From Octopus bimaculoides (lineage: Eukaryota): a stretch of 64,000 nt of DNA. The stretch is taken from contig NC_068982.1 in assembly GCF_001194135.2 (NCBI RefSeq), forward strand, positions 156,842,733 to 156,906,732, read 5' to 3'. Positions within the stretch are counted from its first letter, which is position 1. Each line of letters opens with the position of its first letter. Below the pieces are notes generated by a model. It worked only from the letters and a program-made list of their open reading frames with translations. It had not been told where the DNA came from and did no database searches. Shown one piece after another: positions 40,934-54,720 of the stretch. Made by a program: the position numbers and the translations under genes.

Positions 40934-41157
40934 AAGGCAATGAAATGGGCAGAACCGTTAGCACACTGAGTAAAATGGTTAGCGTTGTTTCGTCCGTCTT
41001 TACTGTCCAAGATCAAATTCCGTCGATGCTGACTTCGCCGTTCATCCTTTGGGACAGGGATTCAACAAAATAGTACCAGTGGAGCACTAGGGTCGAGGTA
41101 ACAGACCGCACCTCCCTCCGAAATTTCAGGCCTTGTGACCATAGCAGAAAGAAAGTT
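40934..41157 (+). mobile_element. SINE family B
   Basis: ggcagaaccgttagcac head, ttcatcctttggg, agtaccagtggagcactagggtcg, gaaatttcaggccttgtg tail. Confidence 0.85.
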
Positions 41158-41256
41158 ATGTTATTTTTTCTACAACATATAGTTCACGTTATTGCCTTTC
41201 AATTAATTCATCTTGAAGGGTTGATAACAAAAATGAAAAAAAAAAAAAAAAATTGC

Positions 41257-41452
41257 TTTCCTATAGAAACACAAAGCCTGAAATTTGGGCGAAGTGGGAC
41301 CAGTCAGTTTCGCGGCCCACAATGCTCAGCTGGTACTTGTTTTATCGCTCCCCGAAAGGATAAAGTTGCAGTCGAACTCGGGGAAATTTGAACTCGGAAT
41401 GTAAAGAGGACGAAATGCTACTAAGCAGTTTCTCCGACAGCTCGCCTCCTTA
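41257..41452 (-). mobile_element. SINE family B, opposite orientation to the neighbouring copy
   Basis: cacaaagcctgaaattt..tggtacttgttttatcgctccccgaaagga..gaaatttgaactcggaa..cagctcgcc. Confidence 0.85.
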
Positions 41453-42198
41453 GGAAAATATCCTATAATGAATTAACTAACAGGTTCTTAACAAAAAGGA
41501 ATGCAATGATCAAATATCGTTACGAGAATCGGGCATATTACAACAGGACAGTGGTATCCAATTGATCTTTTGGTTGTAAACACAAGCTTCTACAGACTAC
41601 CTTTGTGGCACAGTTAGCAACAATAAACTTACTCTCACATCACTTTAAAAATATTTCTTAAGAGGATGTAACTTTGTCTTGTTGGCAAAGGCAAAAATAA
41701 AAGTTTTGATTGATTTGGTAGCAAAGTTTTTTGTAGAAGTTAATAATTGTTGTGCTACGTACACGCAAAAATATGTATCCCTTAATGATGAAAGAACAAT
41801 AATGTTTAATTTAAGTGATAATATTATGACCTGATTTTACGTGTCAAATGTCAAGTAAGGCCGAGGGTTGGCTGCAAGTTTTGCATTTGCCTGCTTGTAA
41901 TTCGAATTGTGCAGACATAGAAACATACAAGATGACCTAAAACTTCATTTTCAATGTATAGAACTATGACGAGAAGCTCTTCAAGACGCTACCAAATAGA
42001 GTCATCATCTAAAGTTTTTCGCTCGCATATGATTAACAACGTCTACCCCGACTATTTTACGATTTGTCCCTCGCACAAACACTCCATGTTACTGTGGGTT
42101 TCTTTTTCCTTCATCTTACAAAAGCCAAATATATTTTCAAGGCTGGGGTTACTTTGCATTTATTTATAGAATAAAATTCAGGAATATCTTGTATCAGT

Positions 42199-42199
<1 letters not shown>

Positions 42200-42271
<72 letters not shown>

Positions 42272-42320
42272 AAGAGAGAGAGTGAGCGAGAGAAAGAAAG
42301 AGAGAAATAGAGAGAGAGAA
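42200..42320. repeat. (GA)n microsatellite
   Basis: Directly visible. Confidence 0.95.
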
Positions 42321-43823
42321 TATGTGTGTGAATATGATTAGGGTGCAAGGAGATAATATAACATGGATGAATCAGACAAGAGAGAAAGGAAGAGAGATTG
42401 TTGAGAGAATAGTGAAAAGGGAGATAGAGATGTTTGTGATTCGTTCAAAATCCGAGGAATATATTGATAATGTAAAATTATAGTTTCTACATTATTTATC
42501 GCCACCATCAGCACCAACAAAAATAACAATAACACGACTATTACTACCAGCCACCACCACCACCGCAACAACAACAACAGCAACAGTCACATAATGACCA
42601 ACCAACCAACCAACCAACCAACCAACCAACCAACCAACCAGCCAGCCAGCCAGCTAGCCAACGAAAATAAATAATCATAGAAAACTGTTTTCAATCATAT
42701 ATATAATTTATACTCTACATTCAGAAAATCTAATCATTGTTTTGCTTCTCCAGCCGAACAAGCTTGAATGATAACGGTGACGACGATGATTATAATAATG
42801 TTAATCATAACAACAACAACAAGAACAACACTGATAGCAAGAATATAAGCAACAACAACAGCGTCAACAATAAAAACAAGAAAAACAATATAAACAGTTT
42901 CAGCACATCTATTATCTAAATTCCCAGTGTATTTTGGCGGCAAGACTGCTAACTAAAAACGTATATTTTAGAATAATTCCCGTTTAGCTGTGTTGTCATC
43001 ACATATATAATCACCTATCTAGAGAAAAAGGCAGACTTCACAACCGATCATTTTCTGATGCATTCAAATCACAATGAAAATATATTATCTAGAAGCTATT
43101 CTTTCAAAGAACCCAGCTAAAATGGCAATGATATTACTGTTTGCAATTATCGATATCTCATATTTCATTTCTCTTACGTTTCTTCGCTATTATTTGTAAT
43201 TGTTTTACTTTGTAGAAAGGCTATTTATCATTTTCTCTCGCAAATATTTAGATATATAAATATGTGTCCATCATCATCAAGTCTATCTATGTATCTGTCT
43301 GTCAGTTGATTTATCTATCTAGCAGAATACTCCTACTCCTCTCCTATAAGTTCCTTCCATTCTCATTCTCTCTCCCCCACTCTATCTTCATATACGTGCA
43401 TTGTACGTACGTACATACTCGCATATACACAGGTATTTATATTACATATCAGTTATTTGTCAAGAAAAAAAAAAATCAAACTCAGTATAAATAATAGAGC
43501 GCATATATGTTTATATCGTGAAGCAATACGTTAGAAGAGGTAATATATTGTTTGACAATATGTATAGGCTTGTGCGTATATGTGTGTATACATGTATGTA
43601 TATACGAATGCACGCACACACACATCTATTTATATATCAAATTAAAGTGGATCAAAAAATGCCGGGCAGTTCCCTCAGTCAGCACCCTTACGAATACTGG
43701 CTAACACAGTTCATAAAAGAGGGCAGTCCCTCTAGAAAACTGTTCTATACGAAATGGAACTCCACGAAGAACATAGTTACAGAATATAATACATTAAGTC
43801 TAAGAAAGAAGATAGGATTTCAC

Positions 43824-43824
<1 letters not shown>

Positions 43825-43882
<58 letters not shown>

Positions 43883-43883
43883 G

Positions 43884-43946
<63 letters not shown>

Positions 43947-43970
43947 GTCTGTCTGTCTGTCTGTCTGTCT
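43825..43970. repeat. (TCTA)n/(TCTG)n microsatellite
   Basis: Directly visible. Confidence 0.95.
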
Positions 43971-44420
43971 ATCGATGGGGCTGAATTCGGACTGTTCCTA
44001 CAGTCCCTTTTATTTTCTGAAATGGCCGTAGGTTTTAACTGATTTTTATTTTCATGGTTTTAACTAACTTTTACCTTCACAATATCTCGTATTACTGAAC
44101 TCTATTTATTCTCCCTCGAATACATGTATCTTCACACGTATGCACGATTTTTATGTTACGTCATTTTTATCTTACTTCATTTACATTTTATATATTATTA
44201 TTGTTATCATGTTTTTTATTATCTCTTATTTTATATCATTTGAATTTTTTAATATAAACATGTATCCCATCCAAGTCTTATAAATCACTATATGCACGAT
44301 TTCGTTTTCAGTTGCAAAGTACTGACAACAGAAATTGTCATCTTCTGCAAATAATTTACACACACACACACACACACACACATACACACACACACACATA
44401 CACACACACACACACACACC

Positions 44421-44578
44421 TATATCGGTGTATTTACGTCCCCGTAACTTAGCGGTTCGGCAAAAGATACCGATAGAATAAGTACTAGGCTTACAAAGAA
44501 TAAGTCCTAGGGTCGATTTGCTCGTCTAAAGGCGTTGCTCCAGCATGGCCGCAGTCGAATGACTGAAACAAGTATAAA

Positions 44579-44580
<2 letters not shown>
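44421..44580 (+). mobile_element. SINE family A, 3' half, little diverged
   Basis: tttacgtccccgtaacttagcggttcggcaaaag..ggtcgatttgctcg..cagcatggccgcagtcgaatgactgaaacaagt, close to the reverse complement of 8138-8290. Confidence 0.92.
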
Positions 44581-44638
<58 letters not shown>

Positions 44639-44699
44639 CACCCAACTGCCAGCTCTGTCTCCGCAAACAACTGCATATCCTCCAACAACCATCAAGGAA

Positions 44700-44860
44700 T
44701 ACGATTTATCGTATTGCTGCCACCAGAGTTATGGCCACCTGGCAAAGTTCAGGCCTCTGACTGCCGACAACCCGGTTATATCACCTCAGCACCAGCTGCT
44801 ACTCTGCAACGCCTGCACCAAGGTCCCTGCTACCAACCAACTCCATGAGCAGGTCCACCT
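44700..44860 (+). mobile_element. Possible LINE ORF1 (gag-like zinc-knuckle) relic
   Basis: Translation CCHQSYGHLAKFR..SPQHQLLLCNACTK resembles degenerate CCHC knuckles (C..CQ.YGH.AK.C). Confidence 0.3.
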
Positions 44861-45503
44861 TTTACCAATCCTCAACGTTTACCAATTCCCAACGCTTACT
44901 ATTCCCGAAGGCCTGTTTTGCGCGTGTTTGCTCGCACACGCGCGCGGGCATATGCACATGTGCACGCGAACAGTCGTACGCATGCGTACATGCATGTGAA
45001 TATACATATGTGCATATGAATGAATACGCATATGTGTGCATGTGTGCATATGCTTGTATATGTGTGCGCGTGTTCATCTAAACCTTTGCGTGTGTGTGTA
45101 GATGTGTGCGTGCGTGCCCATGTAGAGATGCTCACGCCCGCTTCAATATACACATGCACGGAAGAGCGTGTCTACACACCCACATATAGAACTATATACT
45201 TGCACATACGACCCCTTCCGATTTCCCGCCAACAAACTGATCGATTTCTAATCGCCATGTGGTCTTTTGTTCCTGTCCTCCACGTCGTCAATTTCCTGTT
45301 CACCATGCGGTATTTTCCAACTAACTTTTACCCATATACCAACATCCAACTACGGCACTGCGTGACCTTCCTTGACTAATCACAGCCCACCGTACAGTAA
45401 TAACAATCAACTACTGTCATTCAAATTCAAAATGACTGACGACCAGTATAACACTTGAAACTCAAGAGTACCAACGAATTTGAATCAAACTGTTTTGATC
45501 CAT

Positions 45504-45552
<49 letters not shown>

Positions 45553-46022
45553 CAGAGACACATACATATATATATTTGCATGTGTGTATGTACTCATGTA
45601 TTTGTGTGTTAATAAATTCACGCACAGACAGAAGCGCACATATATATTTGGCTATCATGACGATGATCCTGCATAAACTTGTTCGTGAAGACTAGCACAA
45701 AATACAGCACAAAAGAACTTGTATGTATATATGAACGTCGCTTAGATTCCCATCTTCCACGCCCTCCGACTACTTTCCTAACACTTACTTTTCTTCCCTC
45801 CTTCCCCCTCACTGTTATTGCATCATTCACTACGACCAATAAACATCCTCATTTTCCTTGGACACACGTTCATCCTTTGTTTCAGATCAAAACCACTTTT
45901 ATCTTTTCCATTGTTATTATCATATTAAGGCAGAACAGTCTCTGCATCATCTCTCTCTCTCTTTTTCCCCCTCTCTCTCTCTCTTTTTCCCCCTCTCTCT
46001 CTCTCTCTCTCTCTCTTTCTTT

Positions 46023-46066
<44 letters not shown>

Positions 46067-46670
46067 CTGACTGACTTTGAGTATGTCATTCTCCCTTTAT
46101 CTCTTATACCTCCATCGCTCTAATTCTTGCTCTGTCCGTTTCTATTACATATTTTTCCTATGTTTAAATCATATGCGGATGGACATTATAACATCTTTAA
46201 TACTGTGTCTGTGCACCTACGTATAAGATACAGCATTTGCTTATGCAGGGGTATGAACAGAATAGTATTTGTCTACATGTATACGTATAAACACACACAC
46301 ACAAATATGTACGTATGGATACATATATATATATATATATATACATACATACATACATATATATATAAATATAAATATATATATATNNNNNNNNNNNNNN
46401 NNNNNNNNNNNNNNNNNNNNNNNNNNNNNNNNNNNNNNNNNNNNNNNNNNNNNNNNNNNNNNNNNNNNNNNNNNNNNNNNNNNNNNNNNNNNNNNNNNNN
46501 NNNNNNNNNNNNNNNNNNNNNNNNNNNNNNNNNNNNNNNNNNNNNNNNNNNNNNNNNNNNNNNNNNNNNNNNNNNNNNNNNNNNNNNNNNNNNNNNNNNN
46601 NNNNNNNNNNNNNNNNNNNNNNNNNNNNNNNNNNNNNNNNNNNNNNNNNNNNNNNNNNNNNNNNNNNNNN

Positions 46671-46709
<39 letters not shown>

Positions 46710-46907
46710 ATACGTATATATATATGTATGTATGTACGTATATATATATACATACATATACATACATGTATATATATATATATGCACACATATACCTAAA
46801 TATATACATGTATCTGTCCTCTACTCATGTATGTATTTACATGCAGATATATACACATATACATATGTACACACACGTGCACAGAGTCACACACACACAC
46901 GAACATA

Positions 46908-46968
<61 letters not shown>

Positions 46969-47550
46969 ATACTTATGCGGTGAATCAAATGTAATATCTG
47001 TAGAAACATCAGTGCATAGGTTCCCTCAAGTTATGCGTAATTGATTTAGATCGAACAATCTGATCAGAGGGACACATTGAGAAAGATAAAATTTCGCGAT
47101 AGTCTCGCAAACAAAGAAACCAACTGTACACAAACATACATTCATATATAGATNNNNNNNNNNNNNNNNNNNNNNNNNNNNNNNNNNNNNNNNNNNNNNN
47201 NNNNNNNNNNNNNNNNNNNNNNNNNNNNNNNNNNNNNNNNNNNNNNNNNNNNNNNNNNNNNNNNNNNNNNNNNNNNNNNNNNNNNNNNNNNNNNNNNNNN
47301 NNNNNNNNNNNNNNNNNNNNNNNNNNNNNNNNNNNNNNNNNNNNNNNNNNNNNNNNNNNNNNNNNNNNNNNNNNNNNNNNNNNNNNNNNNNNNNNNNNNN
47401 NNNNNNNNNNNNNNNNNNNNNNNNNNNNNNNNNNNNNNNNNNNNNNNNNNNNNNNNNNNNNNNNNNNNNNNNNNNNNNNNNNNNNNNNNNNNNNNNNNNN
47501 NNNNNNNNNNNNNNNNNNNNNNNNNNNNNNNNNNNNNTATATATACATAC

Positions 47551-47591
<41 letters not shown>

Positions 47592-47972
47592 CATAGACAT
47601 ATTTAAACAAATACACACACACACAAACAGAGAGGAATATGCATATTTCCGTGTGTATATATATATATATATGCATGCACGTATACTTCTTTAGATTAGA
47701 TTAGGAATCTTATGTAATCTCTGTATTTCTCTTTCTCCAGCTGTCTCTCTCACCATCTCTGAATGTATATAAATATAAGCATACATACATTATATCAGCG
47801 TTTACATACAAGCGCATACAAAATCTGACTCTGCATGAATTTGTATGTATCTGCCTCTTTGATCGGCGAGCACGTATTTATATATATGTATATGTGTAAA
47901 TATGTTTTAGCACATATATATTTTTATCTAAGCATAATAACACACACTCACACAGACACATACACAAGCATC

Positions 47973-48056
<84 letters not shown>

Positions 48057-48484
48057 CTTACATATACGCACACACAAATGCACATGAAATACTGGTAAAA
48101 ATATATCAACTTTCATGTGGGCATTGTTTATGTTGGCATGTGTGTATTTGTGAGTGAATCTGTGTCCTTGAGTATTTTCTGTGTTTATGTATCTATTTGT
48201 GTGTGCTTATGCGTTTTTCTATCTGTGCATTATCTAGTTTGTAATAATATTTGCCCGCTTGTGAATGTATGAAGTGATTATATAAACGTTTTACATAAAC
48301 TTTCTTGACAAATCAGAAAAAAAAAAAGAATGTATATATATTAGGAACTTTCTAGAAGGTATCAGAAATTCAATTAAACCAACGTGTAAGCTACATACAC
48401 ATGTATCTACATTAAACGCGCTCACTTATGTCGCCATACGTTCAAGTGCACAAATAGAGTAACCCACGTACATGGACTAACGGA

Positions 48485-48678
48485 CTTGCGCAGAGATGAC
48501 GATGATGACGACGACGACGACGATGACGACGATGATGACGATAATGATGATGATGATTAGGATGATGATGATGATAGTAATAATAATAATAATATTAATG
48601 GGGAGATATATGTACACGCAAAAACACCGAGATGCATATTCTCTCATACTAGTACACAAACACGAACCACACACAGAC

Positions 48679-48748
<70 letters not shown>

Positions 48749-48759
48749 TGATGATGATG

Positions 48760-48824
<65 letters not shown>

Positions 48825-48825
48825 C
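48485..48825. repeat. (GAT/GAC)n and (TAA)n tracts
   Basis: Directly visible. Confidence 0.95.
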
Positions 48826-49380
48826 AGCTAAGAGACTGTGAAAGAAACCCCAAGAAGTGAACAACAAGAAAACTATAAGCACCACAAACAATAATAACAA
48901 TAAACAGAAGTATAGTAAGTGAATAACTTGGAAATGTTATTCCAAACACTAACCAAAGCCTGACAAATAGACAAAAAGTAAATTATGTAAGATGTAAAAA
49001 GAAGTGTGAAAATCAAGTAAAAAATATAAAGGAATGAAGAATATGAAATACATAAAAGGTTGGTGGTATGAAATGTAATTTTAGTGGAAGGCCAATGTGC
49101 AGGATAGAGGGTTAGTCGGAATGAGCTGAAAGACAGAGAGAAGGAGGACGTATTTGTGTGAGTGTGTGTGTGAGAGGGAGAGAGAGGGATGGAGAAAGAG
49201 TGGGAGGGAGAGAGAGAACCTGTGAGAGTGAGAAATGAGGGGCGTAATCTGAATTGGAAATACGGAGGGAGAGATTGGGGGATTATATGTACACGCTGAA
49301 GCACAGACATGCACACTCTTACACATAAACACGGACCACGCACGCGCACACGCACACACAGACACATACACATACACATA

Positions 49381-49424
<44 letters not shown>

Positions 49425-49558
49425 TCCGCATAACCAAATAAAAGTTATGCCTGAGAAAGAAATACAGAGCATTAGGTGATACAGTGAATCAAATTACTGG
49501 CTAAACACACACGCACACATATATACACACACACACATACACACACACACACCTATAT

Positions 49559-49603
<45 letters not shown>

Positions 49604-49648
49604 NNNNNNNNNNNNNNNNNNNNNNNNNNNNNNNNNNNNNNNNNNNNN

Positions 49649-49697
<49 letters not shown>

Positions 49698-50019
49698 CAT
49701 AAGAAGAAGAGGAAAGGGAGAGGTACCATTAATGGTAACTCTAAGCTAAAATGATATTAGATATGTTGCAGTGTTGGAGCATTATTTCTGAAAATCAGCA
49801 AAGCAGATTATATATTATTTCTTGATCGAATAGTCTTTCTGTTTGTGTCCATACACATACATTTCAGCGTCTATGTAGTAGGCAGGAGCTAAAAGCAGCA
49901 TTAAACTTGACATTTATACGTTTACTAACAAACACAGACGTTCACAAATGTATATGACCATTAAAATCTCTAGGAAGAAGAACAGACGAGAAGACCACTA
50001 CCTGTTACTTTTGGAAAGT

Positions 50020-50345
50020 TATGAAGACGTGGAATTTTGAACGAGCAATTGAACTTCCATTTGGGGTTTCGACAACTTACAATCTCTTGGCTAAGAGGGC
50101 CCTTTGATTTCTTACTTTTATTCTTTTTCAGCGCCGTTTTACAACTAATCTCTATGTTCCATGTCTTGTAAACAGTCTTGTGAATATTGACTGGAAATTT
50201 AGTCAATGTTTTGGGGAGGGAAGGAGCACTGGCTCATCCTCTCGTATGTGGAATGAGGTGTTCTTGGTAAGTGGCGTTTTACCGACGTGGTCACTGTACC
50301 TGAGAATGAAGAAATGACCTCCTATGCTAACAACGATGCGTTAAT
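50020..50345 (+). mobile_element. Possible R1/LOA-like RT fragment
   Basis: Pieces read FWKVMKTW; GSSSRMWNEVF; PENEEMTSYANNDALISG. The last resembles LPEGVE..AYADD.ALIV at the YADD motif. Confidence 0.35.
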
Positions 50346-50369
50346 TAGCGGTCATCTCCGATACAATTT

Positions 50370-51560
50370 ATTTTAGAAATCTCTTGTTGCAACTGTCATA
50401 AATTCATTTCCTCCTCTCCGTTTGCTGTATAAAACGTTCAAGTCCGGTTAGACATGCATGCTTCTATACTTTATGAGACGCTTCTTCACCTTTCTCCCAC
50501 AATCTTTGAATCAATCCTTCTACCTGATGATTTACATTATCAGTGATACTGACCTCGTTTATTTATATGATATTTCTCTTGATTACCTGGATTTTAGCAT
50601 AGTGATTCCTTGAAAATAATCTTCCTCCATAACGCTTACCTTATTTTAACATTTTTAATTTTATGACTTTTTAGTTGAGTGGTCCAAAATACTTAAGTGC
50701 TTCTTTAACATCTAAGGATTTGATATTCTCACCATCGCGACTTGATAAGGATTTGATATTCTCTAAGTATTTGATATTCTCACCAAATTTTCCATGCTTC
50801 ATCTCCAGCCAACATTTCTCAGTACCGAATGCCATCCCATTGTCATTTGTAAAATATTCGAACCTGAGGATTCAACTTCACTTTCTGGTCTGAACCAAAG
50901 AATCCAGCTGATTTTTATCTCTGCTATAAAACTTTAAACCTGAGAAATCATATGATTTCTTTTCTATTATTTTTTCCCTTTTTATTCAGAATAATTAACA
51001 GTATAATCAGCTCTTATATGCAAGATAGCAGAGTGATAGTCCTCTCGAAAGACTTGTACCTCCGCCATTCTTTCCTTTGTGGATAATTTTGTTCTCCAAC
51101 GTCACATTGTATTTCCTAACATATACCCTACTTTTTACCGATAATTTGAATAGCTGTAGACAATACTGCCTCTTCAATGGCCAAGAACACTAATAAGACA
51201 TCACGCTGAAAATCACTCTACTCCCCCATTTCCTGTTTTATACTTTTGATATCCTTTCGTTCTAATTTTACCTCCTCCTTCACCCAGGTTCTCTTCTGCT
51301 CTTTCATTCATTTTCCTTCCTTCTCTCTCGTCAGCTTTCTCTCTCATACTATTTCATACGCATGCTGCAATATCTCCTTATTCTGTCTTTTCTATCAGTG
51401 CTGCCAGTCACTTCGATACAAAAGAAAATTCTTCTGCCTTCAATTTTCCCCACTTTGAAACACAACCCAGAATGAATATTCCAAATGCTGTTTATTTCCA
51501 CTCTCCATGACAATACTATTACTGTTTCTATTACTTCCGATAAATACAAATCTTGCCGAC
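50370..51560 (-). mobile_element. Second R4-clade-like LINE RT relic
   Basis: Minus-strand pieces: KFYSRDKNQLDSLVQT; RIFTNDNGMAFGTEKC; GENIKSLD..KYFG; then an RFIQQTERK region matching DVDRLY..RKEGGRG. A local triplication of tttgatattctc lies at 50719-50785. Confidence 0.75.
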
Positions 51561-52006
51561 GGAGAACCACATCAGACACTTTGGATCCTATTACGTGTGT
51601 AAAAAATAAACAAAAATAAAATATACAAAGAAATAGCTGCAGATTTAATAGTCTCACAAACCGCATTACTGCGCTGAGATGGACATCACCACTAATAAGT
51701 AAAAAGTAAACATTGCAACTATAGGGCTCTGACTGAGTCCGCTCTGGACACTTCTAGAACATAAAGGTATACAAAAACAGATGCAATGGTTGAAGCTTGC
51801 TGGACGTTGAATGGAAGATGTATATGTAAGACATCTAAATTATCTTCTGTATCCCATACGATTGACCATTCCATTTAGGAATGCATGGAGATCCTAGCTG
51901 GTGGAGATTTTATACTTGGAGGTAGCGATTACAATTTTTCGTTCGGATAGTCATACGATGACAGTTGTATATTGGTCTACAACAAATAAAATAACACAGA
52001 ATCAAT

Positions 52007-52121
52007 ATATGGACACAGGATGCAAAATCGACATACTCAAATTCCAGTTCTATTCACTTTACGACCTGAATTTTAAAGCATTCAGTAATCATAAACTCGG
52101 ATATATACTTGTTTGTCAAAT
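52007..52121 (+). repeat. Direct repeat, copy 1 (copy 2 at 53783-53895)
   Basis: atatggacacaggatgcaaaatc..tttgtcaaat, about 97% identical by hand alignment. Confidence 0.95.
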
Positions 52122-52204
52122 GATTTCATCTGGAACCATATTTTGAAACAAATAATTACTGCGTTGAAGATACACAGCCATTCAAAAGCAAGCAAAAACT
52201 GCAC

Positions 52205-52344
52205 CTTCACTTAAATATTTATTATTTGGTGTAAATTTTTCATTGAACCAGTAACGTCTTGGTCACTGATATCGATCCACAACAATTGACCAGGTCGTAG
52301 TTGGTTTAAAATTTTCACACCAAATAATAAATATTTAAGTGAAG
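52205..52344. repeat. 140-bp fold-back palindrome (MITE-like)
   Basis: Perfect 28-bp terminal inverted repeat cttcacttaaatatttattatttggtgt, with imperfect pairing continuing inward. Confidence 0.9.
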
Positions 52345-52759
52345 TTAACAACTTCTGTATGTTTTTAATGTCTAATATGTGTCTTCTACGCTGCAATAAT
52401 CATAATAATTTCTAAAATAAGCAGGTGACACTCATTTTGCAGTAGACATGTACGATTAGACAGACCGTGTATAACTGGAATAAGTTTCATTGAAACCAGT
52501 TAAATATAAGGGGAAGCTTGTATGAGTGAGTTAGGGATTAAGAATTGAAAGAAATATCCCCAAATATCACAAGGCTATTTATTGAATGCTTTACCTATGC
52601 TAACATACCATAATTATAAGAAATAATCTCTAAATTAGGATCTAGAGTTATAGTTGAATATATCGATAATTATATTTGACATTTCATTTTTTTCTATCAT
52701 GGTCAGTGGATGGATGAAGACAATGATATTTCCAGCGGAATTCGAAATCAACGTTGAAC

Positions 52760-52764
<5 letters not shown>

Positions 52765-52827
<63 letters not shown>

Positions 52828-52850
52828 TAATAATAATAATAATAATAGAA
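52765..52850. repeat. (TAA)n microsatellite
   Basis: Directly visible. Confidence 0.95.
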
Positions 52851-52944
52851 CTCCTTCCCTGAAATATATCTACACTAATCATACATAACAGCTACAGTAA
52901 CACGTCCAATTTGCCGTTTCTTAAGGTTTCTGCAGTAATATTTT

Positions 52945-53060
52945 TTCTAATTTTGGCACAATGCTAGCAATGCTGAGGGAAGGAACAAGTCGATTACATC
53001 AACCCTAGTACTTGACTGGTACTTATATCATCGACCCCGAATGGATGAAAAGCAAATTTC
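52945..53060 (-). mobile_element. SINE family B, 3' portion
   Basis: aattttggcaca..gtcgattacatcaaccctagtacttgactggtacttatatcatcgaccccgaatggatgaaa. Confidence 0.8.
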
Positions 53061-53782
53061 TCATTAGAATAAAACGCCACTCAGGGGTACCCACGAAACC
53101 ACTCAGATCCCGACTCACCCTATTCATCAAGAATACCATGTCAAGTGCTCCTCTCTCTTTCGTAGTTTCATCCTGCAAGGCGCATGCTAAGTGTCGGTGC
53201 ATTCACTCGGATCATTCTTGCTCCATTCACCCACTTTTTTTACAAATTTACCGGGGAATGGAGAAGTATCTCCTTCTCCATCCTTACTTTCCTTTCCAAG
53301 TAGAACTTGAAAACATCGGTGAGAGCTTAGACGATAAAAAAATGTGTCTTCAACCCTTTCAATCTAGTCCACCACAAAACCTCTTTTGCTATTACAAAAA
53401 CATGCCTTCATTTCAGTGCCAATAGACGACAGCAAGGCGAACTTCACGATAGATCTGGCTGATAGTAGCTCCAAAAGTCAGCAATGCTCGAGCACTATAC
53501 GTGTGCATGTAGGAATTTCGTTGCTTTACGCACATCTCGAGCACTTGCAGCAGACATCTATACTATTTCTGTAGAGATTATTCCAAGGAATCAATCATGA
53601 TAATAAATTCAATATTAATAACATTAATAATATTTCTTTGCACTAAGTGTCATAAAATTGCCAACGGTTACTATCATTTACTTTCTTCTTGTGATACAGG
53701 CTACAAATTGTTCCTCTTCCCGTGGTGTCTTTTCTACCGTAATCATCATCTCCATCTTCATCATCATTATCATCATGATTAC

Positions 53783-53895
53783 ATATGGACACAGGATGCA
53801 AAATCTACATACTCAAATTCCAGTTCTATTCACTTTACGACCTGAATTTTAAAGCATTCAGTAATCAAATTCGGATATATACTTGTTTGTCAAAT
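53783..53895 (+). repeat. Direct repeat, copy 2
   Basis: Matches 52007-52121. Confidence 0.95.
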
Positions 53896-54032
53896 ACATA
53901 TAGCAAGAATACACATACATATAGCAAGAAAAGGGAGGAAGAGAATTTCGATTATCTCCGCGTGGTGAGCTGTAATACAATATATATATATATTAAAAAT
54001 AAAAGGAAAATGCACACAGTTTATATAGTTTT

Positions 54033-54158
54033 AATATATTTTAAATGTAAGAGTATTGTGGTTGTCGACCGGCTTCACTTTCGCTAATCATGACATTGAC
54101 ATTATTGTAATTTCGTATTTTTTAAAGAGGATTTTAGTCTATGTTCTTGCATGAAATT
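54033..54158. repeat. Inverted repeat, left arm (right arm at 54996-55123)
   Basis: About 126 bp, roughly 85% identical to the reverse complement of the right arm by hand count. Confidence 0.9.
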
Positions 54159-54164
54159 TACAAT

Positions 54165-54720
54165 TTGGTTACAGTTGTAACTGATGCATATCATAAACCA
54201 ACGGACTCGAAGCAATATCTTGTGATTAGCTCATGCCACCCGAAACACATCAAAAAGAAATATTCTATTTAACTTAGCAAAAAGGAGTTGCACACTAATG
54301 TCTGATGTAAATACTCGGGACCTCCGTTTTCAAAACCTCAGAAAAACACTATCTGGGAGGCACTATCCATCCTCACTTATAAATGATGGGATTACACGTG
54401 CCAGGAAAATAGGCATTGAAACAGTAAGGAAACAAAAACGAAACAACGTACCTCACCTCAGAATACTACCGTATATATCAACTACAATCCTAGAAACAAT
54501 GAGGCATACAACACTATTGTACAAAATCTTCCAATGCTCACTAGGGATCGAAAAATGAACATTCTGAAAACACATAAATTCATGAAGTGTAAAATGCAAC
54601 CCAAATCGCCGGAAAGACTCATGAAAAGAGCGAAGTTTTACACAACAAACACGAAACCAATGGTTAAAAAATGTACAGGAAATCTTCAACCAAATTTCTC
54701 AGTTTCCCCATCTACCAGCG
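54165..54720 (+). mobile_element. Penelope-like element (PLE) RT thumb/linker fragment
   Basis: Translation TDAYHKPTDSKQYLVISSCHPKHIKRNILFNLAKRSCTLMSD..RHYPSSLINDGI..LPYIST..KMQPKSPERLMKRAKF matches the PLE pattern TD.Y.KPTD..QYL...S.HP.H, YP..LI, RQP.NL...L.RA. Confidence 0.85.

Noticed and set aside
53119-53172. 54-nt minus-strand in-frame micro-exon candidate (DETTKERGALDMVFLMNR)
   Set aside because: Weak polypyrimidine tract; it could equally be a decayed LINE endonuclease motif. Unresolvable from sequence alone.
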